64,000 nt of DNA. Origin: Gemmatimonadaceae bacterium (GTDB lineage: Bacteria; Gemmatimonadota; Gemmatimonadetes; Gemmatimonadales; Gemmatimonadaceae). Under the pieces are notes generated by a model. It searched no databases. It had not been told where the DNA came from and was given only the letters and a program-made list of their open reading frames with translations. Within the stretch, counting starts at the first letter, position 1, and each line of letters begins with the position of its first letter. The position numbers were made by a program, and so were the translations under genes. Below, in pieces: positions 8,377 through 17,724 of this stretch. Location of the stretch: NCBI GenBank assembly GCA_045803545.1, contig JBJMOW010000004.1, positions 256,001-320,000 of the forward strand, given 5' to 3'.

Positions 8377-9261
8377 CTACATCGAAGGCCGTCGGAGAGT
8401 CACCGGCCCTTTGAACGTACGCACGGAGATCTTCGCACCACCGTTGCCGATTTCCGCGTTCAGCTCGGTGCCACGGCCAAATCGGCCAGACACGGGACGC
8501 GCTTTGGAAAGGTTGTTGGTGATGTTTCCGGAAATGGTGACAACAGAAACATCGGCGTTCACCTTGTCGGGAATGGCGATGTCGATGATTCCACTGTGCG
8601 TATCGAAATCGAAGGTGCCGGAGCGATCGAGCAGCCCAGCGAAGGTGATGTTGCCGGTGACTGTTTCGACTTTGGTGCGCTCGAAATTGCCCCCATCGAC
8701 CCTGATCGCACCGCTCACCGTCGAAAACGCCGCGTCGGAGCTGCCGCCTCGCAGCGTGATCGTGCCGCTCGCGCTTTTTGCCCGCAGCCATGACGGCGAG
8801 CCGATAATGTGAATGTCGCCGTCGATCGCCTCCGCATTGAGCTCGTGTGGATTGGCGTTTACATCGATCGTGCCGCTGACGACGTACAGATCGAGCTCAC
8901 CGTCGACACCAGTGACGTCGATGTTCGCTGTCGCGGTCTTGATCCAGAGCCGAGCTCGCGACGGCAGCCAGACCTCGACACGACTGGGCTTCGGATCACG
9001 CTCGTCGGCATTGTCGATGAACATCTTCGCGCCGGTGTAGGTGCCGCCCATCAGCAGCTTGTCCGGCTGGGGCAGTGCAGCGCGCACCAGCACGGTGTCT
9101 TTGTTCCAGCCGTGCACCGTTACGCTGCCGACCATATTCACAATGCGGAAAGCGGCTTCCATTCCCAGCGGCAGTCGACGCTCGACTTTCTTCTGGGCAA
9201 GCGCCGGCGTCGCTGCGAAACCCGCCGCCAGCAACAGGGTCAGGTAACGACTAACTGCCAC
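8377..9261 (-). CDS. DUF4097/adhesin-like beta-strand repeat protein, secreted
   Basis: Signal peptide and repeated TVSG/TVTG/SASG.I beta motifs. Third gene of the ECF operon. Confidence 0.85.
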   Translation of the reverse strand: MAVSRYLTLLLAAGFAATPALAQKKVERRLPLGMEAAFRIVNMVGSVTVHGWNKDTVLVRAALPQPDKLLMGGTYTGAKMFIDNADERDPKPSRVEVWLPSRARLWIKTATANIDVTGVDGELDLYVVSGTIDVNANPHELNAEAIDGDIHIIGSPSWLRAKSASGTITLRGGSSDAAFSTVSGAIRVDGGNFERTKVETVTGNITFAGLLDRSGTFDFDTHSGIIDIAIPDKVNADVSVVTISGNITNNLSKARPVSGRFGRGTELNAEIGNGGAKISVRTFKGPVTLRRPSM

Positions 9262-9925
9262 GCGTTATCTCCGTCGTGCGACGCAGCAAATCGACCTTCT
9301 GTCTGTAGTTCGCCGAGAGCATCTCGATCAGCACCTTGTTCGCCGGATCGCGGGCAAGAGCATTTCTCGCCTCGAGAATCGCTTCGTCGATCGTGCGCAG
9401 ACTCGCTTTGAGCTGAGCAACCGTCTCCGGCGCCAGCGCCGATTCCTGCTGGTCGAGAATGTCCTGCAACGCTCCAGCCGTACGCAGATAGTTGTTCTCT
9501 TCAATGGTGAAGGCAGCGAAGCTGGCCGGCGTTGCCTGGTCTCCACCGTTCGCGACAGACTGTGCTGACGAAGCTCGCGATTGCAGATAGGCGACAGTGC
9601 CTGCCGAAGAGAGGATCGCAACGACAATGGACGCAGCAAGCGCGAGAACCACGGGGTGTCGTGAGGAGAAGCGCTCGCGCTTAGTCGCCGTGAGTGAAGC
9701 TTCGTCTCTTTGAATCGCTGCCTTGATGCTCTCCCACGCTTCGGGAGGTGGATCAATCGATTTCGGCAGGTCTGCCGCGCGGGCGAGCACCCGTTCCAGT
9801 CCACTCACCTCTTCGGCGCACATGGCGCAGGAAGCGACGTGCTCGGCCACCGGCGCACACGCATCCTCCGGTAGCTCGCCTGTCACATAATCATCCAGCA
9901 AATGTCTGATCACTTCGTGTGTCAT
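9251..9925 (-). CDS. zf-HC2 (ZAS) anti-sigma factor
   Basis: LDDYVTGEL...HVASCAMC (HxxxCxxC), one TM helix and a helical C-terminal domain. Confidence 0.88.
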   Translation of the reverse strand: MTHEVIRHLLDDYVTGELPEDACAPVAEHVASCAMCAEEVSGLERVLARAADLPKSIDPPPEAWESIKAAIQRDEASLTATKRERFSSRHPVVLALAASIVVAILSSAGTVAYLQSRASSAQSVANGGDQATPASFAAFTIEENNYLRTAGALQDILDQQESALAPETVAQLKASLRTIDEAILEARNALARDPANKVLIEMLSANYRQKVDLLRRTTEITRGS

Positions 9926-10533
9926 TGCTTCTTTACCTCCGATCTTCCATCCAGCTTATCCCGAAGCAGCCGTCGCGCGCGGTGCAGTTGCGCCTTCACT
10001 GTACCGACCGAGACGCTCAATTGCTCGGCGATCTCCTGATGCTGATAACCCTCGATATCGTGGAGCACGAACGCGGTTCGCGCTCCCTTGGGCAACGACG
10101 CCACTGCTTCTTCCATTTCCATCTTCAGATCGATGCCGCTCGATCGTGCCGCGCCCGGCAGCGCCGAGGTATCCTCCATCGACAGCACTCGCGCGACACG
10201 ACGTTTCTCGCTGCGCGCGTTCTCGAGCATAGTATTCACCGCCAGCCGATGCAGCCACGACGAAAAAGCCGAATCGCCGCGGAATGTCGACAAACGACGC
10301 CACGCCCGCACGAAGGCGTCCTGCATCAGCTCAGTTGCCTCGCTGCGGTCGCCGCCTTTCAGACGGAGACAAAGCGCGAAGATTCGCGACGAGTGCTCGC
10401 GATAAAGAGTCTCGAATGCAGCAACATCGCCGGCCTGCGCCCGCCGAATGCACTCCAGCGTCGCAGCCTTGTCTTCACCGGTCGTGGACGGGTACTGCCC
10501 GATGTTGTCCGATACCACTGCGCTCATCTTCAT
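9922..10533 (-). CDS. ECF RNA polymerase sigma factor
   Basis: Region 2 (AFETLY...QDAFVRAW...FSSWLHRLAVN) and region 4 (HDIEGYQHQEIAEQL...GTVKAQLHRARR). Confidence 0.93.
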   Translation of the reverse strand: MKMSAVVSDNIGQYPSTTGEDKAATLECIRRAQAGDVAAFETLYREHSSRIFALCLRLKGGDRSEATELMQDAFVRAWRRLSTFRGDSAFSSWLHRLAVNTMLENARSEKRRVARVLSMEDTSALPGAARSSGIDLKMEMEEAVASLPKGARTAFVLHDIEGYQHQEIAEQLSVSVGTVKAQLHRARRLLRDKLDGRSEVKKQ

Positions 10534-10545
10534 CTCAGGCAGGGA

Positions 10546-10572
10546 TACGATGCCAGTCGACCGGCTGGGGTT
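10546..10572 (-). promoter_or_regulatory. putative autoregulatory ECF promoter AACCC-N13-GGCATCGTA
   Basis: AAC/CGT-type ECF boxes 12 nt upstream of the sigma ATG. Duplicated at 8343-8369. Confidence 0.65.
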
Positions 10573-10585
10573 GGAAGGTGGAGCT

Positions 10586-10717
10586 GACTGAGGCCGAGGA
10601 CTAAGTGCATCTATGATTGCTGACTAAGTGAGGATTGCAGACCACGAGGATCCTCGGTTGTACTCGGTCCTCACTTAATCCTCGGTGATCGGTGCCCCTA
10701 GTCCGCGGCCCTCAGTC
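10586..10717. repeat. ~130-bp nested palindromic element
   Basis: Imperfect outer arms GACTGAGGCCGAGGACTAAG.../...CTAGTCCGCGGCCCTCAGTC. Perfect TAAGTGAGGA/TCCTCACTTA (10625-10634/10668-10677). Central palindrome CGAGGATCCTCG (10645-10656). Confidence 0.8.
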
Positions 10718-10730
10718 GCACCACCTGCCG

Positions 10731-10910
10731 CTACTCTATATCGCCACCCAAATCGAATTCGCCCCGCGTCTGGGCCAGGATGCGATCGAGACCGGCTTTT
10801 ATTTCCGGAGGTAGATCTTTCCGTCTGAGCAGCCCCTCCGCCTCGCGACGAATTGTCTCCAGCGCCTGGATGAAGTTGCCGCGCTTCATGTTTCCGGAAT
10901 CGTCGGCCAT
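10731..10910 (-). CDS. small hypothetical protein (59 aa)
   Basis: Manual translation MADDSGNMKRGNFIQALETIRREAEGLLRRKDLPPEIKAGLDRILAQTRGEFDLGGDIE. Starts 20 nt after the ABC gene on the same strand. Below the ORF-track cutoff. Confidence 0.55.
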   Translation of the reverse strand: MADDSGNMKRGNFIQALETIRREAEGLLRRKDLPPEIKAGLDRILAQTRGEFDLGGDIE

Positions 10911-10930
10911 TGTCGTCTTTGAGAGATGGT

Positions 10931-12727
10931 TTATGACGCGGAAGCGAGTTGGGCGGGGCGAGGCGCGCCAGGAAGCTGGGGTCCGCTACGGCGCTCACCA
11001 ACCTGCTGCCGCCACATTGCATAGTACAGACCCATCCGCTCGAGCAGGTCGTCGTGCTGTCCGACTTCGACGATCTTTCCACGCTCCAGCACGTAAATCC
11101 TGTCGGCGTGCATCACAGTCGACAGGCGGTGCGCAATCAAAATCGTTATTACTTCGCGCGAGCTCGCGACATCGCGCATGGTGCGACTGATTTCCTCCTC
11201 GGTAAGCGAATCGAGCGATGACGTCGCTTCATCGAACACCAGGAGATGTGGATCGCGTAGCAACGCTCTCGCAATCGACAGTCGCTGCTTCTCGCCCCCC
11301 GAGACTTTTATGCCGCCCTCGCCGATAACCGTGTCGAGTCCTTTGTCGGCGCGAGCCAGCAACGCGTGCGCCGCTGCTCGGCGCAAGACTTCCATGCACT
11401 CCTCATCGGTCGCACGCGGATTGACGAACTTCAGGTTCTCGCGAATTGTGCCGGAGAAGAGCTGCGAATCCTGCGTGACCAGTCCAATCCGCTCGCGCAG
11501 CCTGTCCAAATCGACATCGGTGCCGCGCACGTCGTTGTAGAGAATCTCTCCATCGCGCGGCAGATAGAGTCCAACCAGCAACTTTACCAATGTCGTCTTG
11601 CCGGCGCCCGAGGGTCCGACGAAAGCGATCGTCTCGCCTCGTTTGACATCGAAGGAGATGTCGGTCAGCGCCGGTGTGCTCGCCGATTGGTGCATGAAGC
11701 CGACATTCACGAACTCCAGCGCCTCGATGTCAGTCAATGGCACCGGTGCTGCGGGCTTGGGGTCTTTCGGCGTGTCGAGAATCTTGTTGAAATTGGCGAG
11801 CGAGACTTCGGTCTCACGATAGACGTTGATGATGTTCCCCAACTCCTGCATCGGCCCGAAGATGAAGAAGGAGTAGAACAACAACGAGAAGAATTGGCCG
11901 ACGGTGATTTTCTGGGTGAAGATCAGATAGAGCATCATGAACAGGATGCACGTACGCAGGAAATTCACCGCCGTGCCCTGCAGGAAGCTGAGGCTTCTGA
12001 TGTACTTCACTTTCTTCAGCTCGAGGCGGAGAATCTTCTCGGTGGTGGCGTTGAGCCGTACGACTTCCTGATCTGCGAGACCCAGGCTCTTTACGAGCTC
12101 GATGTTGCGCAACGACTCGGTCGTTGAGCCAGCCAGTGCTGTCGTCTCGGCTACGATCACCTTCTGGATGTTCTTGATTCGTCCGCTGAGCGCCCAGCTG
12201 AGGGTGCCGAGCAAAGGCACCGTCGCGAGAAACGCTGGAACGATTACCCAGTGCACAGTCAGGGCATAAATCACGACGAACAAAACCCCGACAAGCGTGG
12301 TGAATATCAGGTTGATCGACAGCGAGATGAATCGCTCGACGTCCTGCCTTACCTTCTGCAGCTTGCCGAGTGTCTCACCGCTGCGCTGATCTTCGAAGAC
12401 CGAATACGGCAGCTCCAGGGAGTGCCTGATCCCGTCGGAGTACATCTCGGCGCCGACGCGCTGCACGATGACGTTGACGTAGTAGTCCTGGAAATTCTTG
12501 GCGACACGAGATACGAAGGCGACGCCCATCGCCATCAGCAGCAGCGTGCCGGCGCCCTTGATGAAGGTGCCGGTCTGGTATTCGCGAAAGCGCGTCGCAT
12601 AGTCGTCGATCACGTGTCGGAAGATCAGCGGATCGAGCAGCGAGAAAACCTGATTGGTTGCCGCCAGCACGAGGGCGAGCAGAATCAGGTTGCGGTATTT
12701 ATGGAGGTACGCGTAGAGGAGAGCCAC
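10931..12727 (-). CDS. ABC exporter, fused permease/ATP-binding protein
   Basis: N-terminal TM domain, Walker A GPSGAGKT, signature VSGGEKQR, Walker B LLVFDEATS, IAHRLST. Confidence 0.95.
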   Translation of the reverse strand: MALLYAYLHKYRNLILLALVLAATNQVFSLLDPLIFRHVIDDYATRFREYQTGTFIKGAGTLLLMAMGVAFVSRVAKNFQDYYVNVIVQRVGAEMYSDGIRHSLELPYSVFEDQRSGETLGKLQKVRQDVERFISLSINLIFTTLVGVLFVVIYALTVHWVIVPAFLATVPLLGTLSWALSGRIKNIQKVIVAETTALAGSTTESLRNIELVKSLGLADQEVVRLNATTEKILRLELKKVKYIRSLSFLQGTAVNFLRTCILFMMLYLIFTQKITVGQFFSLLFYSFFIFGPMQELGNIINVYRETEVSLANFNKILDTPKDPKPAAPVPLTDIEALEFVNVGFMHQSASTPALTDISFDVKRGETIAFVGPSGAGKTTLVKLLVGLYLPRDGEILYNDVRGTDVDLDRLRERIGLVTQDSQLFSGTIRENLKFVNPRATDEECMEVLRRAAAHALLARADKGLDTVIGEGGIKVSGGEKQRLSIARALLRDPHLLVFDEATSSLDSLTEEEISRTMRDVASSREVITILIAHRLSTVMHADRIYVLERGKIVEVGQHDDLLERMGLYYAMWRQQVGERRSGPQLPGAPRPAQLASAS

Positions 12728-12766
12728 GACGGATAGTATTGGGCTGCGCCCAGCCCCGCAAATACA

Positions 12767-13861
12767 TCAGCGACCGATTCTTGGTTTCCGGCGACGGTTG
12801 AAGGTCTCTACGAAACGATGACGCCGCGTGCGAAGCGTGTCGAGCGCTTTCTCCGCATTCCTGCGCCATTGCGCGCCGGTAATCAGGCTGCAGAATCGTT
12901 CGTAGTCGAGCTGGCCCTCATGTGGCGGATTTGTGAAAACGTAGCGAGGTGCGGGGCGGAATTTCTCAATGTTGATGGGAAATCTCTCGAGTACCTGCTT
13001 CTGCGACACGAATTCGTCGTACATCCGCTTCTTCAGCAGCTTTTCGGCGGCGGTCAGACGGATCGTCTGGTAATACGTGCCAATGAATGGCAGGAACTCG
13101 AAGACTTGGCGTGTGCCGCTGTAGTTGTGATACGAAGTCAGCTCCAGCACCAGCGGCGCCGGAGCGTGATCGCGTCGCAGGATTCCGCACGCGAGCTGAA
13201 CGGCAAATGCCGTTGCGTCGTGATCAGAGTGGCCGCCTTCATACGGGTGGGTCAGCACGATGTCCGGCCTCACTTCATCGATCAGATGTGCGACGTCGAA
13301 GACCAGATCCAACAGTTGATTGCTCGCTTCACCATCCACGTATCCGAGGCCGCGACAACGATCGGGAGTAATTCCGACATGCGCCAACGCGTTCGCCACT
13401 TCGCGACGACGCGCGCGCGCGTATTCCTCGCGCGTAAGGAAGCCTTTGCTCTGTGCATAACGCTCGTCGCGTGGTGCACCGTCAGTAATGTGGGCGACAA
13501 CCGCGTCGGGTAGACCGGCCAGTAAGCCACCGGCACCGATTGCCTCATCGTCCGGATGCGCAACGATAACGAGGGTAGTCGGCAATGCCTTCGCCAATGA
13601 ATCACGTTGGGCGATGGTGTCCAGAATCTCGCTCGTGACTTCGACGGGAGGTCGGAACCGCGCGTCTCGGCCGGGCGTGATGATTAGGTCCGGCTGTTTG
13701 ATCAGGGGCGATGGCGCCTGGCGCTCGGTTTCCACCTGATTCGCGACTTCCGAGAGCAGCGCCCAGTGGCCCTCCGGTTTCGGCGTGATCTCGCCAAGGC
13801 TGTCCGGCAACTCGATGGCTTTGATCAGCCCACTTTCGAGAGACAGCTCCTTCACCCGCAT
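12767..13861 (-). CDS. PIG-L/LmbE family N-acetylglucosamine deacetylase
   Basis: VAHPDDE motif and HPYEGGHSDH. Confidence 0.9.
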   Translation of the reverse strand: MRVKELSLESGLIKAIELPDSLGEITPKPEGHWALLSEVANQVETERQAPSPLIKQPDLIITPGRDARFRPPVEVTSEILDTIAQRDSLAKALPTTLVIVAHPDDEAIGAGGLLAGLPDAVVAHITDGAPRDERYAQSKGFLTREEYARARRREVANALAHVGITPDRCRGLGYVDGEASNQLLDLVFDVAHLIDEVRPDIVLTHPYEGGHSDHDATAFAVQLACGILRRDHAPAPLVLELTSYHNYSGTRQVFEFLPFIGTYYQTIRLTAAEKLLKKRMYDEFVSQKQVLERFPINIEKFRPAPRYVFTNPPHEGQLDYERFCSLITGAQWRRNAEKALDTLRTRRHRFVETFNRRRKPRIGR

Positions 13862-13874
13862 ACACCTAAGGCGG

Positions 13875-13889
13875 GCAAGTCACGTGCCC
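13875..13889 (-). promoter_or_regulatory. sigma54-type -24/-12 box GGGCACG-TGAC-TTGC
   Basis: Matches TGGCACG-N4-TTGC, 13 nt upstream of the PIG-L ATG. Confidence 0.55.
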
Positions 13890-13931
13890 CTTACGCACGG
13901 CTAACCTGTTACCCTATTACCCTTTAAGGAC

Positions 13932-14411
13932 TCACCTCTGCCGCGTAGCCGCTGGCGCTCCTCTGATGTACGCGATGTAGTCGGTCGGACTCGGAGTACC
14001 TCCGGATGCCCGCACCTGCATCGCGATTTGTCCGCGGTGATAGGAGCCGTGCGTTACAACCTGCGTCAAAATGTCTTCTACCGTCGACGTGAACTGATCA
14101 CCAGCGCTGGTCTTGTACGTGATTGGTTGCTGCAATCCAGCGGATGAGAGATGGGACAGCACACGCTTGTAGCCTGCGACATTTTCGGCGAGGACTCGCT
14201 CAGCGTCAGCAAGACCGAGCTTCGGCCACACCGCAATTGGGGAACTCTCGCCCTGAATTCGAGAGAGCCAGACGCGCTCGGCGCCGAGTACGTGACCCAT
14301 GAGCTCGACCAGCTCTGGCGGCGGATCAGGCATTGTGCGCAGGCTGGCCAGCGCCCGACTGTCTGCCCACTCCATATGCTCGAGCAATTTGGTGAAATAC
14401 TCAGCGCTCAT
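13932..14411 (-). CDS. DinB family protein
   Basis: HMEWAD, GHVLGAERVWL, HGSYHRGQI. Confidence 0.88.
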   Translation of the reverse strand: MSAEYFTKLLEHMEWADSRALASLRTMPDPPPELVELMGHVLGAERVWLSRIQGESSPIAVWPKLGLADAERVLAENVAGYKRVLSHLSSAGLQQPITYKTSAGDQFTSTVEDILTQVVTHGSYHRGQIAMQVRASGGTPSPTDYIAYIRGAPAATRQR

Positions 14412-17400
14412 TTCATGAATTCAACGGGCCGGCCGATCGTCCACGGAATCTTCGCTGCATCCATACTCGCATTGAGTGCCGGCACCCGATGCTGCAGCAC
14501 GTTGTTCAATCGGCCCACCTCCCGCTGCAGATCCTGACTGGCGAGGGCGAGCGTTGCGCGCTGAAGCTCTGTCGGTTGCGAGGTGACGTTTCCGATTTGC
14601 TCGGCAACGGAGTTGACGCGCTCCTGAATCGAGGGATCTTCGACTCGCTTGTCGTCGCTTACGGGTGGCGCGTCAGGATCTCCGCGCAGTTTCGTCAGGA
14701 TGTCTGAAAGCTCCTTGTCCACCGCATCTGCCTGCCTCGACAGACTGTCGGGGCCCGAAGCATTTCTGATCGCCGCCTTGGCGTCGGCGAGCTGTTCTTT
14801 CAACTGCTCGGCCGTGCGCACGGCTGCCTGCACTGTCGCCTGGAGTCGGCCGGTGCTTACGCGCATGTCGTACAACGCGCGATAATCAGCATCCGTCAGC
14901 TGGACGAGCGGATCCGAACGCACATCGACTGGCACTTCGCGGGTTGTACCGCCTGATCCTTTGACACTGAGACGCGCCGTATAGCGACCCGGCAGCACGA
15001 AAGGACCCTGAGGGTCGCGCTGCCTGAAGCTTGGCTCGCCAACCTGGTTCGCTGGACGGCGCACGGTGTACGGAGGTGCGCTGCGCAAATCCCAGGTTAC
15101 GCGATGCATGCCCTGCTTCTTGTTGGCAGTGAGCTCTCGCACCCTGTTCCCGGTTGCGTCGTAAATCCCGAGTGTGACGTCGCCGCCACGCGTTACAGAA
15201 TCTCGCAGGTAGTAGCTGATGATCGCTCCGAACGCAGGATTGGGTGCTGAGTACTCACGATCGCCGAGTGCACCCGCACCGCGTACACCACCAGGGACCG
15301 AGCTGTTTGGGTTGTATTCTGTCGCGGCTCTGACAGGAAAGAGGTACGTCCCCGTCCGGTTTGCCTCTGCCAATTGCTCGAGCGGCGTGATGTCGTCGAT
15401 GATGTAGATGCCGCGGCCGTGGGTTCCAATGACGAGATCGTGCTCTCGCGGATGCACAAGGATGTCGTGAACGGCGACCGTGGGAAGGTTGTATTTAAGC
15501 TGCGTCCAGGTGTTACCGCCCATCGCGGAATAGAAGGCGCCGAATTCGGTGCCGACGAAAAGGAGATTCTGATCGGCAAGATCTTCGCGAACGACCTGCA
15601 CCGATCCGTTTGCCGGAAGATTGCCGGTAATCGCCTTCCAATGCGAGCCGTAGTCGTCGCTCTGTAAGACGTACGGCTTGAAGTCGTTATTGCGGTGATT
15701 GTCCATCGTTGCATACACGGTCCCTTCGTTGAAACGGGATGCAACGACGCGACTGACATAAGCGCCGTCGGGAACGCCGGGGAATCGCGTGTACTTCGTC
15801 CATGTTGTGCCAGCGTCGCGGGAGACTGCGACGACACCATCATCGGTGCCCACATAGAGCAGCCCCTGCCGCTCAGGTGATTCGTCGATCGTGCTGATGT
15901 TGCCGTAATCGGCGGTACCGTTGTGACGCGCGATCGCATCGCGCGGCCACAGCTTCCCCATCACCGGCAGGCTGTCGCGATTCAGCTGTCGCGTGAGATC
16001 CGAGCCGAGGCGTGCCCACGAGTCACCGCGATTGTTGCTCCTGAAGAGATAGTTGGCGCCGAAGTAGATCGTGTTGTGATCGTACGGCGAGATGAGCATC
16101 GGTGCGCTCCAGTTCCATCGATACGGACGCGCAGCGAATTCCGGTACTGGTTTTATGGTCTTCTGCTCGCCTGTCCTCACATCGTAGCGGACGATATCCC
16201 CCTCCTGCGATTCGCCATAAACGGTGTTCGGATCCTGTGGATCTATCTGCGCATAGAAGCCGTCGCCACCAGTCGTTCTCACCCAATCGGCGTTGGTGAT
16301 GCCCTGGCGATTTCTCGTCTGACTCGGTCCGCCCCAACTGCTGTTGTCCTGCAGGCCGCCATAGACGTAGTAGTACGGCTGCCGCATGTCCGTCGCGATC
16401 GCGTAGTATTGCGCGATCGGAAGATTGGGAACGAAGTCGACAGTGCGGCCGCGATCACGGCTGATGTAAACGCCGCCGTCGCAACCGATGATGAGATGGT
16501 TGGGATCGAGCGGATCGATCCACATCGCGTGGTGATCCGAGTGTGCACCGCCGGCGGTCACGCGAAACGTTCGGCCACCATCGGTCGACACCTGCAGCGG
16601 AACTCCCATGAAGTAGACGCGATCCGGATCGGTTGGGTCGACGCGGATCTGGCCCATGTACCAGGGATACGAGAAGCCGTTGCCCATTCTCTGCCAACTG
16701 CCGCCGCGATCGTCGGAGCGATAGACGCTTCCCTCAGTCGTGCCAACGGCGGCGCCGTTGCCGGTGACCTTGGTCTCGATCACCGCGTAGACAATGTTCG
16801 GGTTCGAGCGACTGACATCGAGTCCGATGCGTCCAACGTCTCCGGTCGGCAGTCCCTCGGTGAGCTTCGTCCATGTGTCTCCGCCATCGATGCTCTTCCA
16901 GATGCCGCTGCCCGGCCCGCCGCCGACATAGCTCCACGGCCTACGCTCACGCTGCAGCGACGCGGCGTAGATCACATCGGGGTTCGACGGATCGAAGATG
17001 ACGTCGGTGAATCCGGAGTGGGCGTCGATGTTCTTGACGTTTTTCCAGGTGCGCCCGCCGTCGGTCGTTCTGAACAATCCGCGATCACCGCCTGGTCCCC
17101 ACAGTGGGCCCGTCGCGGCAACGAACACGATTTGCGGATTGGTCGGGTGTACGATGACGCGTCCAATGTGCTCCGATTTGCGCAGGCCCATGTTCGTCCA
17201 CGTCCTGCCGCCGTTTTCGGATTTGTAAACTCCATCACCCCACGAGGAGCTGCGCTGATTGTTGTTCTCACCGGTACCGACCCAAAGGATATCGGGATTG
17301 CTGGGTGCCACGGCGATATCACCGATGGAGGCAGCGCCTTGTTTATCGAAGATCGGTTCCCACGTAGTACCACCGTTTATGGTTTTCCAGACGCCGCCCG

Positions 17401-17662
17401 ACGCTGATGCCACGTAGAAAAGCTCGCCGAGCCTCTCCCCGATCTGCGGCTTCGGCCCCTCAGGCACCGCGAAATCGACTACACGTCCGCTCGTGACCGC
17501 TGGTCCAATGGAGCGCCCCGGCAGCTCGGCGAGTCGCGCCGAATCCGCATTAAACGCTAGGGGAGTTGTTTTGGAGTTGGCCGTCGCCTGGGAGGAAAGT
17601 GTCGCGGCTGTCGACGCGAGGAATGCGATCGCGAGGGTTGGTCGCGTGCTTCTTTTTGACAT
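14408..17662 (-). CDS. secreted VPS10/BNR-repeat glycosyl hydrolase-like protein
   Basis: Signal peptide, SIGPAVTSGRV, many Asp-box S/TxDGGxTW repeats, GGLQDN and a C-terminal coiled coil. Confidence 0.9.
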   Translation of the reverse strand: MSKRSTRPTLAIAFLASTAATLSSQATANSKTTPLAFNADSARLAELPGRSIGPAVTSGRVVDFAVPEGPKPQIGERLGELFYVASASGGVWKTINGGTTWEPIFDKQGAASIGDIAVAPSNPDILWVGTGENNNQRSSSWGDGVYKSENGGRTWTNMGLRKSEHIGRVIVHPTNPQIVFVAATGPLWGPGGDRGLFRTTDGGRTWKNVKNIDAHSGFTDVIFDPSNPDVIYAASLQRERRPWSYVGGGPGSGIWKSIDGGDTWTKLTEGLPTGDVGRIGLDVSRSNPNIVYAVIETKVTGNGAAVGTTEGSVYRSDDRGGSWQRMGNGFSYPWYMGQIRVDPTDPDRVYFMGVPLQVSTDGGRTFRVTAGGAHSDHHAMWIDPLDPNHLIIGCDGGVYISRDRGRTVDFVPNLPIAQYYAIATDMRQPYYYVYGGLQDNSSWGGPSQTRNRQGITNADWVRTTGGDGFYAQIDPQDPNTVYGESQEGDIVRYDVRTGEQKTIKPVPEFAARPYRWNWSAPMLISPYDHNTIYFGANYLFRSNNRGDSWARLGSDLTRQLNRDSLPVMGKLWPRDAIARHNGTADYGNISTIDESPERQGLLYVGTDDGVVAVSRDAGTTWTKYTRFPGVPDGAYVSRVVASRFNEGTVYATMDNHRNNDFKPYVLQSDDYGSHWKAITGNLPANGSVQVVREDLADQNLLFVGTEFGAFYSAMGGNTWTQLKYNLPTVAVHDILVHPREHDLVIGTHGRGIYIIDDITPLEQLAEANRTGTYLFPVRAATEYNPNSSVPGGVRGAGALGDREYSAPNPAFGAIISYYLRDSVTRGGDVTLGIYDATGNRVRELTANKKQGMHRVTWDLRSAPPYTVRRPANQVGEPSFRQRDPQGPFVLPGRYTARLSVKGSGGTTREVPVDVRSDPLVQLTDADYRALYDMRVSTGRLQATVQAAVRTAEQLKEQLADAKAAIRNASGPDSLSRQADAVDKELSDILTKLRGDPDAPPVSDDKRVEDPSIQERVNSVAEQIGNVTSQPTELQRATLALASQDLQREVGRLNNVLQHRVPALNASMDAAKIPWTIGRPVEFMK

Positions 17663-17724
17663 GATGAATCGGGAGGGAGACTGGATCGCATAATTTCATT
17701 CACGACTCAATGGATTGCAAAGCG

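Noticed and set aside
15923..17407. 494-aa plus-strand ORF (and similar long shadows at 41639-42643, 51334-52317, 60195-61223)
   Set aside because: These are antisense to well-supported genes, have no recognisable motifs, and are expected in high-GC coding DNA.
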